DNA of 64,000 bases, from contig JAQGDQ010000127.1 of assembly GCA_030141605.1 (NCBI GenBank), positions 62,001 through 126,000 of the forward strand, written 5' to 3'. Below the pieces are notes generated by a model. That model saw only the letters and a program-made list of their open reading frames with translations, was not told the origin of the DNA and did no database searches. A program made the translations under genes and the position numbers. Source of the DNA: Tubiluchus corallicola (taxonomy: Eukaryota; Animalia; Priapulida). This document shows positions 12,701 through 26,620 of the stretch, piece by piece; position 1 is the stretch's first letter, and the number at the start of each line of letters is the position of its first letter.

Positions 12701-14825
12701 CACAGCCTGTTTTTAATTTTTTCTTTGTGATTTCATCCTGTTAAAAGCGTCTGGTAAACTTGGGGCTCTTTAAGATTCTTTCACGACTTAGGACATCTCT
12801 ATGGATCCGCCCTTCCACTGCATGATCATGCCTCAGCTACGCCACTGATTGCCATGAAGGCCACCTGACTCATTTTGTTGCAGAAACAAACGATAAAGGC
12901 ATCTAAACAACATTTTAGATATCACATTTTTCAAAGCTCACCATGTGCATGTTCCTTGAGAAGCCAATAGCAACCCATCTATTTGGATCTGTCAAGACGC
13001 TGATTGTAAAGCGAACTTGTCCATTGCCAACGTACATCCATTTGGCCGTGTAAGCACCATTTTCACTAGCCCACTCGCCATTACAGTCCAGGCTTTCTGA
13101 TTACAATAAGAAGTATGAAAATATTTGTGGTTTATCTACTTTTGTGTGCGAGGATGTGTTTGCGTGAATGTGTGTATGCACCGGGGTGCGTATGTGTAAT
13201 TGCGTATTCACGCTGATACATAGATTTTATAGTACGTATTCCTTACAGCAAACAAAATAGAACAAAATATATTGTACTCTTCTATATACTAAAAGAACTG
13301 TACCGCACCTGGCTTATATACAGTTTGTCACCAAATTACCTGTCGGTTTTCAAGAAAATGTCAAGAAAGTAGATATTATTCCATCGTTGGAAAATTTTCT
13401 AATCAAACTGAGATTTCCTAGTGACAAGTCTATTCCATGATCACAACAGAGACAATAATATTGCTTTTTCTTACAGTCTCTAAACTCTAAAGTCTAAACA
13501 TAGCGCACTATAATGACAATACGCTGAATGCATTTGCTTACCTAGGGGAAGTCTTACTTACAAAAACAAATTCGAAGCCTTGGAGTCCTGTGGTTTTACT
13601 TAAGGATTTGACAAACTCTGATAAACAATATTTCAAACCCCACCACTGAAAAATGAGTAGACATTTTTCAGCACAGAAAATCGAGTCAATGCATAAACCA
13701 GTTGCTCGGACACGCGTGACGCAGTGATTAAATGAACCAATTTTTACTGATGAATTGCAAAAATTATCCTAAACATACCTTGCACTGCTGGTAAAGGCTC
13801 GACAGGAGAAGGTGGTATGAATATTCCTGGCCCGGACGGTTGTTCCTCCTCTTCTGGAAGTTCTGGCGTTTCAGTAGGCGTAGGTCGCTGGATAATGACT
13901 GGAGGAACGTAATGCACAGTACTGTCTACTGGTGCTTCGGTAGTTGTTCGTGTTGTTGTAGGTACAGTAACAATTCGTGGTCTGAAAGTAAAAGTAGGGA
14001 GCGGCGGCAGAGTTGGGCGTGGTGTGTCAACAATGACGGGCTCAGGGCGCTTGGTTGTTGGGGCTTCAGTTGTTGTGGTAGTAGTAGTTGTAGTAGGCCT
14101 GGTTGTTGTACTTGTTGTTGTTGTTGCTGTTGGTGTTGGTGGTGGTTGTCTTGTTTGTCTGGTTGTAGGTCGCGTTGTGGCTCTCGTCATGAAAAATTGC
14201 CTCCTGGTTGTTGTAGGAGCAGAAGTTGTAACCCTTTCTGTTGTTGTTGGTTCAATAAATATTATTGGTGGCTGAACATCAGGCCCGCCGTCTTTTGGAA
14301 TATTAATAACATTAGGTCCCTGATTAAATGGCAAACGCTCGGTAGTTGTTGTTGTTGTCGATGGTGTCGTTGTTCTCACTCGCGATTTTGGTGAAGTCTT
14401 GGGTCCGTAGAACAGATTGAAGTCGAATTTAAATCCTCCATATGGGTTCTTTGGTAGAACACCAGGTGCTAGAGTTGTTGCATCTTGTGATGACACTACA
14501 ACCTGTATAAAAATTCAATGTACCTCACGTTAAAGAAAAAACGAATTCCGCCAAGGGAATCTGTAAGCCTTGTTTTACGTGTTTAATTCAGATACTTTTA
14601 GGGCTAAAGTTGTTATAGATAAACTTACAGCCAAAATTAATGTCCGGAATATGACAGTAACCATTTTAATCAATAAACAGCAGTTATACTTCTTAATGTC
14701 TTGACACCATTTTAAATCAAATTTTATTAAATCCATTAATCCTAACTACAGAATAACTCTCACAGAAAGAGCAAACGGCTTGAACTTACCACAAAACAAG
14801 TTACCAAAAAGAGACACAGTCTCAT
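712..14825 (-). CDS. Multi-exon ZP-domain (cuticlin-like) type I membrane protein: SP - Thr/Pro mucin - DOMON - 10x Kazal - ZP - furin site - TM, about 1472 aa
   Basis: 18 exons join in consistent phase: 14825-14790, 14502-13779, 13096-12942, 12147-12083, 10654-10487, 9943-8670, 7082-6939, 6588-6445, 6248-6096, 5676-5532, 4925-4711, 4268-4078, 3789-3632, 2698-2550, 2352-2271, 2139-1983, 1292-1079, 956-712 (4419 nt). All introns are GT-AG except one GC-AG. N-terminus [19 protein letters not shown] is signal-peptide-like; GKRKKR precedes the TM segment [18 protein letters not shown]. Confidence 0.85.
1079..4268 (-). CDS. ZP module exons (ZP-N, ZP-C) and furin site
   Basis: [37 protein letters not shown]...PLDGCG; FTNTIVV...[11 protein letters not shown]; PDCTFRVV...LGDVGTLIW; SCTAHDG...LIDENGCP; [21 protein letters not shown]; KRKKR - typical invertebrate ZP/cuticlin motifs. 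Confidence 0.88.
6096..7082 (-). CDS. Three single-Kazal phase 1-1 exons (7082-6939, 6588-6445, 6248-6096)
   Basis: [32 protein letters not shown] and [27 protein letters not shown] (the third is not in the ORF track in this frame); each is bounded by AG/GT. Confidence 0.85.
8670..9943 (-). CDS. Exon 6 of ZP gene: seven tandem Kazal protease-inhibitor domains
   Basis: Seven copies of CxCTREY(N/E)PVCA(S/N)DGxxYxNxCEFxC...C in ORF 8626..9936; the last five lie on an exact 168-bp period. Confidence 0.92.
9860..13096 (-). CDS. DOMON domain exons of ZP gene (exons 3-5 and start of exon 6)
   Basis: Spliced translation: ...[37 protein letters not shown]|[22 protein letters not shown]|[16 protein letters not shown]...[18 protein letters not shown]...LLFPVR|PGVY...IGYHE; matches the DOMON pattern W.A.GFS....M..sD and a C-terminal His. 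Confidence 0.8.
12380..12510. repeat. (CTCA)n/(ATCC)n microsatellite
   Basis: Read directly. Confidence 0.95.
12532..12847. mobile_element. Possible CAGTGG-ended MITE remnant
   Basis: CAGTGGGGCAA ... GCTACGCCACTG inverted ends; no clean target-site duplication. Confidence 0.35.
13779..14502 (-). CDS. Exon 2 of ZP gene: Thr/Pro-rich mucin-like stalk
   Basis: ORF 13744..14496 with poly-Thr and Pro runs; acceptor TATACAG before 14502, donor AG|GTATGT after 13779. Confidence 0.85.
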
Positions 14826-15109
14826 GATAATGATCCTTTTATGAACTCTTCACTCTGCGATCGTTTTATTTCTCTTTTAACAAAATGGCACTGGAAAAGA
14901 AAAAACAATGTAATTAAAATTTTATTACATCAATCTTACAAATTTAACCTATAAGTACAAACTATAAGACTAAAAGCAACGTAACCGTGTTATTGTGAAA
15001 CGTAACGTGCAAGCTTCTTTGAAGTGCTCGGTTCAAAAGGGAGATTTACATTTGCTATTTGAATTTAACTTTTTGGGTGGCTAATTAATTGAAATTGTTG
15101 TCTGGAGAA

Positions 15110-15116
<7 letters not shown>

Positions 15117-15203
<87 letters not shown>
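15117..15203. repeat. (GA)n microsatellite
   Basis: Read directly. Confidence 0.97.
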
Positions 15204-15205
<2 letters not shown>

Positions 15206-18200
15206 AAATTCGTGTTTAACCATTCTTTACATTGTTACATTGGTACTTAATAGTTTTGTGAGCCTGCATTGGCTGTAAATTACGACTAGCTTGCAGGAAT
15301 ATAAACCAAATTCAAAACTTTATGAACACTGCTAATGAACACACTTATGAACACAACCAAGCGTTCGCAAGGTGTAGTTCCTCAAAGGAGAACTTAATAA
15401 TTTGTAGAAATGTTGTCTGCAGTACAATTTTAAAATAATCTGCAGAAAAAAATAACCTAACAAATGTATTTATAATTCAGTAAAGAACTTCCGTTGCGTA
15501 ATTTGTCTAGCATACACAAAAGCTCTGCATCGCCTGTTTATCAGTAATTCAGTAGTAGTTGTACCATGTATACTCATTACCAATAAACAAGCAATTAGTT
15601 ACTTATATGCTATGGCTTTGTGATTTTGGTTAATATGGCTGTGTAAAAACGTACAGCTTATGTTATAGAGCATTAATTATTCAACTTCCTTTTTTGATAA
15701 CTGACTTTTCAGCAGAGATCAAATTTAAATTCAAAGTGAGTAACAGTAACATTTTATGTCATTTGATATATTGTTACGGTAATTCTGTGTTTGGGCAAAA
15801 GAGAGTGTTTGTTGTTCTGGCACGTTTGGGGAGGAACGTAAGACGGCTTTCTTATATTGTAGAGTAGTGTGACCTCTAATAATTATCAGCAGATAAGCAT
15901 TTGATTGGTAGAAATAGAATATAGATTTTGTCATCTTGTTTTCTTTAACTTAACGTTTTGCTTAACAGCAAGTTTTACCAACGAATTATAATTGGTATGA
16001 TCGAGAATCTATAACAATGCCTTAAAGATTTATACTAAACGTTTTGGTAAAAAGAAACAAACTTATAATGGGAAAGCACGTGTTCAAGATTCACCTAATC
16101 CATTTCGCCCCATCATCTTATCTGATACAGCCAGCTAAATTTTTTCAAGATGTAACATTTTTGTGAAAAAATGACGAACATAATATAAAAGTGGCGAAAA
16201 GTCATGAACTAAACCATCCAGATAATATTTTTCACATTCCTAAATTCATCATAAAAAGCAAAAAATTGCACTCAAAAATAAACACAAAGTTAAATTAAGT
16301 TTTGTACATTCAACATTGAGTTGAGGAGTAAAAGTATTCGAGTGGCGCAGCTTTGACTTTTCAAAAGATGGTTGAACATGAAGGAGATGTCACTTAGTAA
16401 AAATTTACGTAAGAATAATTAAAATAAACGAGTGAGTATGCGATGTAACTCAAATCCCTGAAGGTCAGTATGCAGGTTGTTGAAATTCTACTTGTATTGA
16501 GTATTCATTGAATGTGGTTTAAGTTCATGTACGTTCCCGTTTTTTGAGTACGCACTGCGTAGTATATTGATATTTTAACATTTGGCACAACTTCGTTTAA
16601 TAATTAAGATTACATGTCGACGTATAGGCTGTTAATAGTTTTAAGTTATTTTGTAAAATATGGTGAAATTTTTCAGGGTGGCAATACTTGTATAGAACGA
16701 TTATAATTTCATAATGTAAACCGCTTTTATAAAAATAGTCCACCTCCGTTAAAACCACTTTGCGTGTTCTGTTTCCAGTAATCGCTGTCGTTTAAAAAAA
16801 GCGGTACGGTGTAGCTCTTTAATTAGAACACTTTACATGAAAGCAAACAATCTTCACTACAATATCCACCATCATTCAGTTAACCTCTTAATGCGATTAA
16901 CATTAACGCATTTTGTGCCGTTAAAACGATAATTATAGGAAAGTTATTTCAATTTTTGTGTTAGTGGATGCAGCTTTGCAGCGCGTTTAATTTTCAGTGT
17001 TGACATTCTAACCTATATTCAGGATTCTTAGACTGCTAGAAGACTTGTGTGGTGTTGAGTAAATACCACCTACATGGGATCGTCTTGAGTGCTGTCCCCT
17101 TACGCGCGTTTTGCTTATTGACCGCGTAAGCATGCCGCAGGCCCAGGCAACCCAGTTTCTGCCATGTAATACGTTTTGGTACCAATTAAAGCTGGATGTA
17201 TGTAAGTTTTGGACGTAATTGTCTTTTTACGCTTATAAGAAGTACACATCTACAAACAAGCTAGAAAAAACCCTGCATTCGTAAATTATTTAATAGCTAC
17301 GAAATTACAGGAACGGAAAATGGACGAAATTGTGAAATACTTTTTATTAAAATTTTAAATGATGTTTGGAATGACTAGAAGTTCTTTTGTAAGTTGGTAA
17401 CCTGTAATTATAGAACAAAATATGTCTAATGAAATTTAGAAAACAATTATGTGTTAGATAACAAATTTTTAATAGTAATTTGTTATCCAATTCTTATGCA
17501 ATTTTTGTTAAATTTACATTATAGTTGCATTAAGCTATTGTTATGTTATTCAGAATGAACTATACGACTTATTACAAGACCTGTGGTAAAATGTTGAGTT
17601 AATATTCACTTCCATCCTTTCGTACAAGTTTGATATCAAAAATTTCATAATTCTTGGTTCATTTAAAATCATCATTAAAATTGTAGTATTGAAGGCACAA
17701 TGGATATTAAAACTCTCTTTGTCTACTTAGACATCTGAATAATTAAGTTATCTTGCGTCTAATAACTATAATAACCATGAATATTTATTGTGAGACTTTT
17801 CAAACCTTTCATGTGTTATAATGATAATTAATGATTTGGTAAAAAGCTCTAATTAGTTACTGAATGCTACTGCTAAGGCATGTATGAAGATGGATGAAAT
17901 AACAGAGAGGCGTTTCGGAAATCTGTGCCAATACACTTTAAGCTTATTTACAAAAGACCTTACGCATTGAGTATTCGAGTAAAGTTAGTAAAGTCTTGCT
18001 AAAACACATAATTTTGTATGACATTGTCTTGTACTTGAACTTCAAAATTCAAGTAGGCAAGTAGGTGTACATATAAATATATACGCATATGCTTAGATTC
18101 CACATTACGTAAAAACTTGCAGTTCATATCACCCATGTGACCTAATGTGTACACAATATAATATAATTCCTACATACGTGTACCTAATTCTTATCAGACA

Positions 18201-20516
18201 AAATTTTCATTTCGATTTATTATTATTAGTATATATTTATCTATTAAATCCGTTTATTAAGTCTATTAAGTTATGCCGTTAGTTGGTAATAAACCACCAA
18301 GAAAAACTCACCCTGGTAATTACGTTAACTGAATCGTTTTGATTACTGATTTAAACGATTTTGATTACTTTGTGTAAAAAATTTGGAAGCGCTGATTTTG
18401 AACCAGTGAGTTTCTTGGTCTTCGGTATAATTTCGTCTGCACACGTGTTCGTTTTGTAAACTATTGTTATTTCAAACTTTCACGGGTGGCCTAGTTTAGA
18501 AAGTTGCAGGATGTATCAAGCTATTGAATGCTGTGGCCTCACTAACTTGTTAGAAATCCTATTGCCCATAGACTTTTCAAACTTGACTTGAAACGCAGGT
18601 CAAGAGGCTTTCAAACATTGTCATTGCACGCTTTCTGCTGAGCAATGTGAGCACGCCAACGCAGTCGTCAACAGTATCACCTATTAATTTAATGAAATCA
18701 CATTTTATTGATTTTAAGTAGCATTCCGATGTAAGGCAGACAAAAATAAGAACTCATACTTAAAAACAAATAAAATTGTTTCACAAATTGAGATCCTGCA
18801 AAATTAGAATTCACCGATTGTTCACACGAGTGTAAATCCGTAGTTCAGAACCGAAAAATTATTAAGCCTGTCAAGTAATGTTAACCTTTTAATAACAATA
18901 ATTGATTCAACGTTAAAACCCACTTATTAACTACAATTTCATATAAATCATATTGGGTAATCAGGTCGATACACATTTTGAAGCTTATAATTCCAAGTTC
19001 AGTGATGAAATGGCCTGAACTCGCTATATAAATCAATGTTACTTGAATGAAAGTGCTATTATTTTAAAATAACAAATATTTTAATTTATAAATATTGCAA
19101 AATAGCAAATGTATTCTAAAGCAAAGAAAGCTATGTCAGTCTTGGAAGTAAAAAAAATTACGAATTTTTCTTCCTAACTCATTCTCGATAAATACTAATG
19201 TTTCACAAGAGCTATCGGGCTTGCTCGATTCGGTCAGTTCTTGTTATTTGTAAAACATTAGTCTATCAAATACATGCTTATACATTTAGTCTGGTAGAGT
19301 AATTGTGATAAACTTCCCATTCTGATAATTGTATTGCAAGTACAATCTAAAGATCGTTGTGTTTCATATAGTAGTACTTGTTTAGACTACTGCAGAGCAT
19401 GTAAGATACGACGTTTATAAACATGAGGCACATGTATGCTTAGTATTTACTGTAGTAAAAAAGCGATTTGCATCTGCATAAATGATAACTAGACTGTTAT
19501 TGCGGTTTTCCCAAGTCATTTCCGAAATATTCAGCGAAAACGTCTTAAATTTAGTAATGAGAACTTATAGATGTTATGGGCTGTGTACTAGAAATGCTCG
19601 ATGGTGCATATTTGCAGATGAAAACATAATACGCTGGACCATGGAAACATTGAACCAAATATTTTGTATTTGAAACTATTTGAGTGTTGTTCCGTCAGAT
19701 ATAGAACGTAAACACGAGATTGCTGGTTCATTAACGCAAAATTTAGTTAAAACTTAATCACAAAAAGTTAAAATCGCCGCCTTCTTCCTTCCTTAAAATT
19801 TAAATTCGCACATGCGCACTACGTCTAAAGCTAACGTAACATAACAAGCGTAGTTTCCATCTCCCAGTCCTTTTCCTCAACGACATTTTAACATTTTTCT
19901 CCGGTTTTCTTTTGCGGATCATATCGTTTTGCTTAACGTTATATGTCACATTGTTTAAATATTTTCAGTTACCCCTAGTACCTTACTTCATATTCACTGT
20001 ATCACTGTTTTAACAGACCGTTCTCATATGAAGACATACTTTTCCTACAACTTTGCCACAATCCACAACTTGACCTGCTTCAACAAGTGAAAAAATCGGT
20101 TTACACAGATAGGTGTGTCAGACTTGGTTTCGCCTGTCGTTAGTGCTGATTAGTGGTTTCCTGGCAGTAATTACTGAACTTCGGGAGAACAGAAATGTCG
20201 TCACTTTATTTCTTTGGTAGACGATAACAAGGGCGAACCAGAAAGTAAACTACGTGCAAAACATTCATTATGAGAAGTGCGTCACAGACATGGTTCTACG
20301 CAGTAACCGGGATCGGGGGTGATTACATTTGATACCCAGCGGTAGAACTTTTCCCAGCCGTATCTAAGCATGTGGACAGCGTCTGCAAACGTTCTCTGTG
20401 ATCAGGGCCTATTTCAAGGGGGGGGGGGGGGAGTGGGGATACTTCCCCGGGGCCTCACCCTCCAGGGGGGCTTCGCGCCAAGGTAACATTTTTTTTGCTT
20501 TCTGCGAACATACTGC

Positions 20517-20619
<103 letters not shown>

Positions 20620-21830
20620 CCGCACGCGCGCCGTTTGCCAGTATTGACAAGTATTAGGACTGGTCTTGAGAATAAAGCAGTTTTTCTTTCAATTCCTTTA
20701 ACAACTGTATAACTCCATATTTTCTCTTCGAAAATGCTTCTCTGGCGTTCTAGCAGTTCAAAAATTGGCCTGATGGGGCCTCACATGTCCCACTTCCCCG
20801 GGCCTCGCGTAGGCTGAAATAGTCTGTGATAATGATAGTTGTGCGGCTGCTCCATTTCGTTTCCTCTTTGCTTTCCTGGTACAAGATGATGGAACTCGTT
20901 GTTTTTTTGTTTCCGTGAAATACCGTCTAACTAACTTTCAGTTATAATAAATTTTATTGTTTTCATTAATCTAAAAACGCCTTGTACATATGATATAGAT
21001 TTTTGTACTGAAATCGCTTTAATCGACATAAACGTTGTGTAGCGGTATGAGGTTGCTGTCCCTTGTCTCTGTATATTATTCCATCCTTAATCCATTAGTA
21101 CTCGGCTCGGCACACGCGATTATATCATGTATCATGGGGTTTGGGTCTTACCTAAGGCTCTTCCCTGAGCTCTCGATAATTAGGCTATATTCAGTAACAA
21201 ATACCACGACACGACAGTTAATACAGTATGCACTGTATTCCATTTATCTTGCTGATTTCTAATCCCCACTGATTAATTGTAGCATTAAAACAAAACGTTG
21301 GAAATTAAAAACCAGTATTATCTTGTTTGTAATAACTTTGTAAAAACTGTTGTCTCTGGTCAGCTGACTTAGAGAGGTAGGGCCAAATTTAATGTAACGG
21401 ACACAGTTTATGTGCATCGTGTGGTAGACAAAATCCTTGATTGTTGCCATGCAAAGTCAAGTGATTAAACTTAAAGATACTGGGTTATTTTACACTGTAT
21501 AGATATTTTCAGTGTTCAGAATCCACAACGCATTTATGTTCAACCATTATACCATTATGCCAGCACTAACCGGAGCTTTTTTCATCAAATTTTAATTAAT
21601 TTGTTGATTTTACGATTTTAACGAAGCTATCATTATTTATTGTTAGTTTGATTTAGTTTAAATGTGCATAAGCTTTGATAATGTAGGGTTTTAGTATGAA
21701 ATAAAGCTTAAATAATAATATTTTCAACACATCAGTTTGAATAACTCGTTAGTAACCATTCCGAAAACAAGTAATAATAAGTTCATAAACAATCAATTTC
21801 TGCGGTACAAAATGTACTGTATAAGTTTAG

Positions 21831-22470
21831 TTAGAGCAAAATAGGGCGATTTTTCATATCCTACCCCATTTTGAAGAATGTAAGATGTATACATTTAATA
21901 ATATTAATACAAATAATAATCCCAAAGCGTTTCTGATAATTAAATAATAGGTTAAAATCTTAATTAACAGCAGGCGAGCCCAGCTACTGATGACGTCATA
22001 AAGGGATACAATTTTCAACAGCACCAACATTCCATGAGCGCATTGAACGTGTTTGTGAAAGCGAAAATTGAAGTACAGTGCTACTGTACAACATTCAGTG
22101 TAATACGCAAAAACTCGCAAAATTTTAAGATAAAAATTTAAATTTTAAATTTACCGCTGTGCTCACGTATGAGCTCCCGAACGTGTGTATTACGTCATAA
22201 GCGAACAGGTCTGAACTGAAAAGTACTGCACCTGTTTTCCATGCAACGCGTTTCCGAAATGTAGGGGCAAGTGCAATAATGCATCTAAATGCAATAATGG
22301 CGAAATGCACGTGACAGCGCAGAACCAGCCACGGGAACACGAAATTACTTTTGTGTAGCAATAATTCTTTCACGAAAATTTTTCTTCAAAAAATAATATG
22401 TTCCCTTTCAATATTTTAAAGAGTAGATTGTTTTGACCAACAATTTGAGATTGAGTCCGGTTTTCCTTTA
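21831..22470. mobile_element. Degenerate second copy of the TTAA MITE family
   Basis: Right end GTCCGGTTTTCCTTTAA shared with 31234-31250; decayed left end TTAGAGCAAAATAGGGCGATT; internal TGACGTCA motifs as in the other copy. Confidence 0.55.
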
Positions 22471-25400
22471 ATCTAATGTTTTCTGGATCGAGTTTTACGC
22501 AAATATCGTTAACAAGCTATCAGATGAGCGCGACTTACAATGGAAAAATCGCAAGCTACGTTGGGTAAGCTGCAAAATCAGCAGGGTTCATACAATCTGA
22601 ATAGTTTCCAGAGTAGTAATAGGACTAGGTGATCACGTGGTAAGGTTAATGTTGTAATTAGTTACTCTAATTCCATTCATGGAGAGGTTAAATTACATAG
22701 TATTTTGTATTATAACCACAGGAAATTCTGGCCATAACAATCGTCAGAGAGCAATATCCTCACTGACACCAAAGTAATCGTACTGTTAGCCTATAATGTG
22801 TCAGGTATTGACAATACCTTAAAACTATTGTACTTTTTAATATACAGATTTGCACCTGTTTTAAAAATGTCTGTTAGTGCATGATTGTGGAATGCATTTT
22901 TAATTCTAGCGAGACTAATGTTCATGTACACAGATGTACTGAATCGTCATTGTTTATCTTATAAAACTGTTTTCTACAAAAACTCGCTTTTAGATCATGC
23001 AACTTTGATTAATAAGTAATTAACTACGGAATTTTTAATTAATCATTTACTCTATTTTTCCTCCTTGTGCTCGATGATGACAATGATCTCTATTAGGCCT
23101 ACCAGTGCCAAGTAGTACGTACGACCCAATATTTGGTCAATGGTCCACAATTTAGCTGTCCTTAAACATCTTATTTACGTCCAAATTATACATAACAATG
23201 CGTCGACAAGTTTTTGCCTTACTGTTTAGCGGACAATAAACATGGCAGTTTTGTAGCTCAGTACAAAAAATGTAATCGTAAACTACAGGGGATTGAGACA
23301 CCGCGTGCAATCCGTATATTCACTTCCGTACTTTTCTGTACCTGCCTTATCTGTCTGGCTGTAATCAATGTTGAACCCTGTATGTACTACTGTAATTACT
23401 ACCGCTACGCCATGCCGCCAAGAATAGCATTGGTATGCGTGGTGAGCACACACCATGATCTGAAGCGTGTAAAACACTACCTTATTCATTAAAAATGTAT
23501 CACTGGTGAGTGCGAATCAAACTACAGAATATGTCAGTGCAATGGAACTTGGAAGACTCGTCCAGTAGGTCACTAATCCTTGGTTGCGTTAAGATAATAA
23601 AATTTGAAAGTTGCAGTTCAGCAATTTACAATACATGTAAAAAATACTGAAACTAACACCCAGAAATCAACGCAGGTAAATTTTTCTCTAGAAGTTAGAG
23701 AAAATTTACGAAACAATTTTATATGAGCCTCGAGAGGATTATAACTATGGATGAACCTTTGCTTAATGGAATGCATTACTGTACAGTGACATACTGATGG
23801 TTTTTACTCAAAAATCTCATATTTTCGGAAGGTTTACTGAGTAAAATTTGATGGTTTTAATGTTATGCGTTGCTTGGAATAAGTTGTAATTGTGGATTAC
23901 TACTGAAAACAAAAAAATTCTCTTTTTCAGTTTATTAGATACAATAATTAGTGCCATCAAAAATCTAATAATTTGCACTAACAAAAGCAGATTTTAATTT
24001 TTTCTGTTGCGTGTATTGTCTGGCGTAAAGCCCATGTAACCACGGATTCAATTCTGCAGTTAGCAATCAATTAATCGTAATTATAAAGGTTTGTTTGCGG
24101 GGGGGGGGGGGGCAGTGTGGCGAGGTGGTGTAAGAAGTTGAACGTAATTCACTGATTACGTAATTCATCATAAAGATGTTCAGAAACCTAATTTATCATA
24201 ACTGTTTGAGATAAAAATAGCTGCTGCCGCGGCTGTCTGATGTTTGAAATGAGCAGATAATAACCATCTTCACAACCCAATAACCATTTTTTGGTTTTGT
24301 AGAACTGCTGAATTGAGATTACTCACTGTCAATGTTTCTTTGCCACGCATAGAATCTAGAACGAAGAACTCTCGTCTTTCTTGCGTTAATTGAAAGTGAT
24401 GTGGTTTTAAGGCGAGATCAGCGATTTAAAAGAAGATTAAACGTCTACCGCTTAAGGGTGTGAGCTTAAAGACCTACTCTCAAGTTCATCTAGTTGTGAA
24501 CGACTCTACATAGCTTAAGACGAAATTTTGTAGGAAATGTGCGAATACTTTCATTTTGTTTTTTATGATTCAATTGATAACAGTTCGACTTTTTGAACTG
24601 ATTGCAATGAGTTGAAATGAGCCGAGTTGTTGATCGTGACTGAACAGTCTATGAAAGCACTTGATGCGAATCAAACATTTAATAAGTGGGTATAAAATAA
24701 AACTTGCACAAGAAAAGTGGCATTTAGCAAACTACCAAAGAAATTCAATTGCCTTTAATAAGTGGCGAACTTGGACAACAGTTAGCTGATATTGAATTCC
24801 TCAGTTTAATAAGTTGAACGCTTCAGTGGAAGTGCCCCAGTTTTTATGCGAGAATAATGGAGTTACGATGAATTTATGTACGCATAAATTCATAATTATA
24901 GTTCAAAAATGCGTGCTGAACAAACCGAAACACAAATATTTTCAGGTAATAGAACTTTGAACCGCACGGTATTAATAACCCGCAGTATCAGGTATCCATG
25001 AATAATAATGAAGATTATCACTGATTTTCTAGTGAAAGAAGCCAAGCCTCGAGCAAAACCGCGTGAAATATAATTTACAAACACATCAAAATGGTCATTG
25101 TTTATAATTGGAAATCATAATGGTCCTGTAATTATATAAGTCAATAGTTTTAAAGAACAGCCCTAGGTACACCTATTATTTTCTACTACAGGCTTATCCA
25201 CTCTGAGATTGTATAGCCAGAAGCAAATTAGGAAAGAAATGAAATGCAGAATGTGTATCGCATCATGGGGAAAAAGCTTCGAAATTATACAACAGTTACT
25301 TTCCTATATTAATTTGTTTGTTTGTTTGGAGCAGGAACCAACAAACAGGGGAGATTTGACCCCCCCCTCAAGGTACGAATTTCAAATTTAAAGAAAGTCA

Positions 25401-26501
25401 ATTTTTGCCGAGAGATTTGGGGTGGAAGTTCAGTCAAAAATTGAACTTCTAACTGGAAAAGAATCCACTTTGTACACAGCGTATATCAAGTGAAATATCA
25501 ATAAACACCAGGTAGCTTCTCTGCATATAGGCCGAAAGGCCGAAGTGGCCATTGAAACTCAAGTGGAAGTTTGCGAGGGTTTCGTTATTTTCCTTTTTTT
25601 GTTGGCACCTAATAAAACATTTATGGTCTGCCTAGCAACGTACTTCGCTATTAAATTAAAAATAAATTTTATGTCCCACTAAAATAAGGATTCTTTTTTC
25701 ATTTGATTACAATTAAAAAGAAATTTTGTTTCAAAAACTGATGCAGTAATTATCACTGTGGAAACCAGTGAAGGCTTTGTATTCTGAGAACCAGCAGTTC
25801 AGAGAAACCAGCATTAAAAGAATTTTGCAAAGAATTTGATAATTATTATTACATTAATAGCGTTATTTTTTATTTTGCCAAAAGACTTTACAAGCAACAA
25901 CAGAACTGTTAAAATAAAAGCATACTGCGAAGTGAGAAAAAATGTCTAAGCATAGAAATCACTTGTAGACTTGTTGAGTATAGCAGCATTTCAAGCTTCT
26001 GCTAAGTCTTGATACATTCAAACGGATTAAAGATTTTAAAAACAAAAAACATGTTTTTAAGGATAGGAAGAAGTCCTCCAAAAGTCTGTTACATCCTGCT
26101 TGAGTGATTTGTTTATTTACGTGAAATAGCATTGTTTCTTTCCATGATTTTTCATTTTTTCTCCAGCACTAACTGTGCAAATTATGATAAATCTTACTGC
26201 ATTTTACTAGTTTTATTCATTATTGTTTTATCGCTAGGACTAAATTATGTAAATCAATAATATTTGACATTTTATAATGCTAATTTAACTTTTAAACTAG
26301 TATTACCAGTAAACCGATTAACTTAACATTTACGAAACCCATTACGGTTATTTGAAATTAATTGAAAATAATCTACAATAACCCAGCTAAACAATCAAGC
26401 CATTAGGCCCGATTAGGGAACCACACAGCAAACATTGTTAGACAAAATTATTTACACGATACACAAACAATAATAGTTATAGTTGTCAGAAGCTGACTTA
26501 C

Positions 26502-26620
26502 CGGTTAAAAATAAAATATCCAGCAGACGCTAGCGTTGCGTACCGCACCCGGAAAACAATTCTTGAATTGCACCAACGTGAATACAGTATTCATGCGGCT
26601 GGACTGACCCTTTTTATATA
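26502..26620 (-). promoter_or_regulatory. Candidate TATA promoter and non-coding first exon, probably of the ZP gene
   Basis: Minus-strand TATATAAAAAGG at 26620-26609 followed about 110 nt later by CG|GTAAGT at 26502; the ATG exon of the ZP gene starts at an acceptor (TTTTCCAG, about 14891), so an upstream exon or a spliced leader is needed. Confidence 0.4.

Noticed and set aside
13840-14394. Cys-rich 184-aa and Val-rich 83-aa plus-strand ORFs
   Set aside because: Antisense reading of the Thr-rich mucin exon
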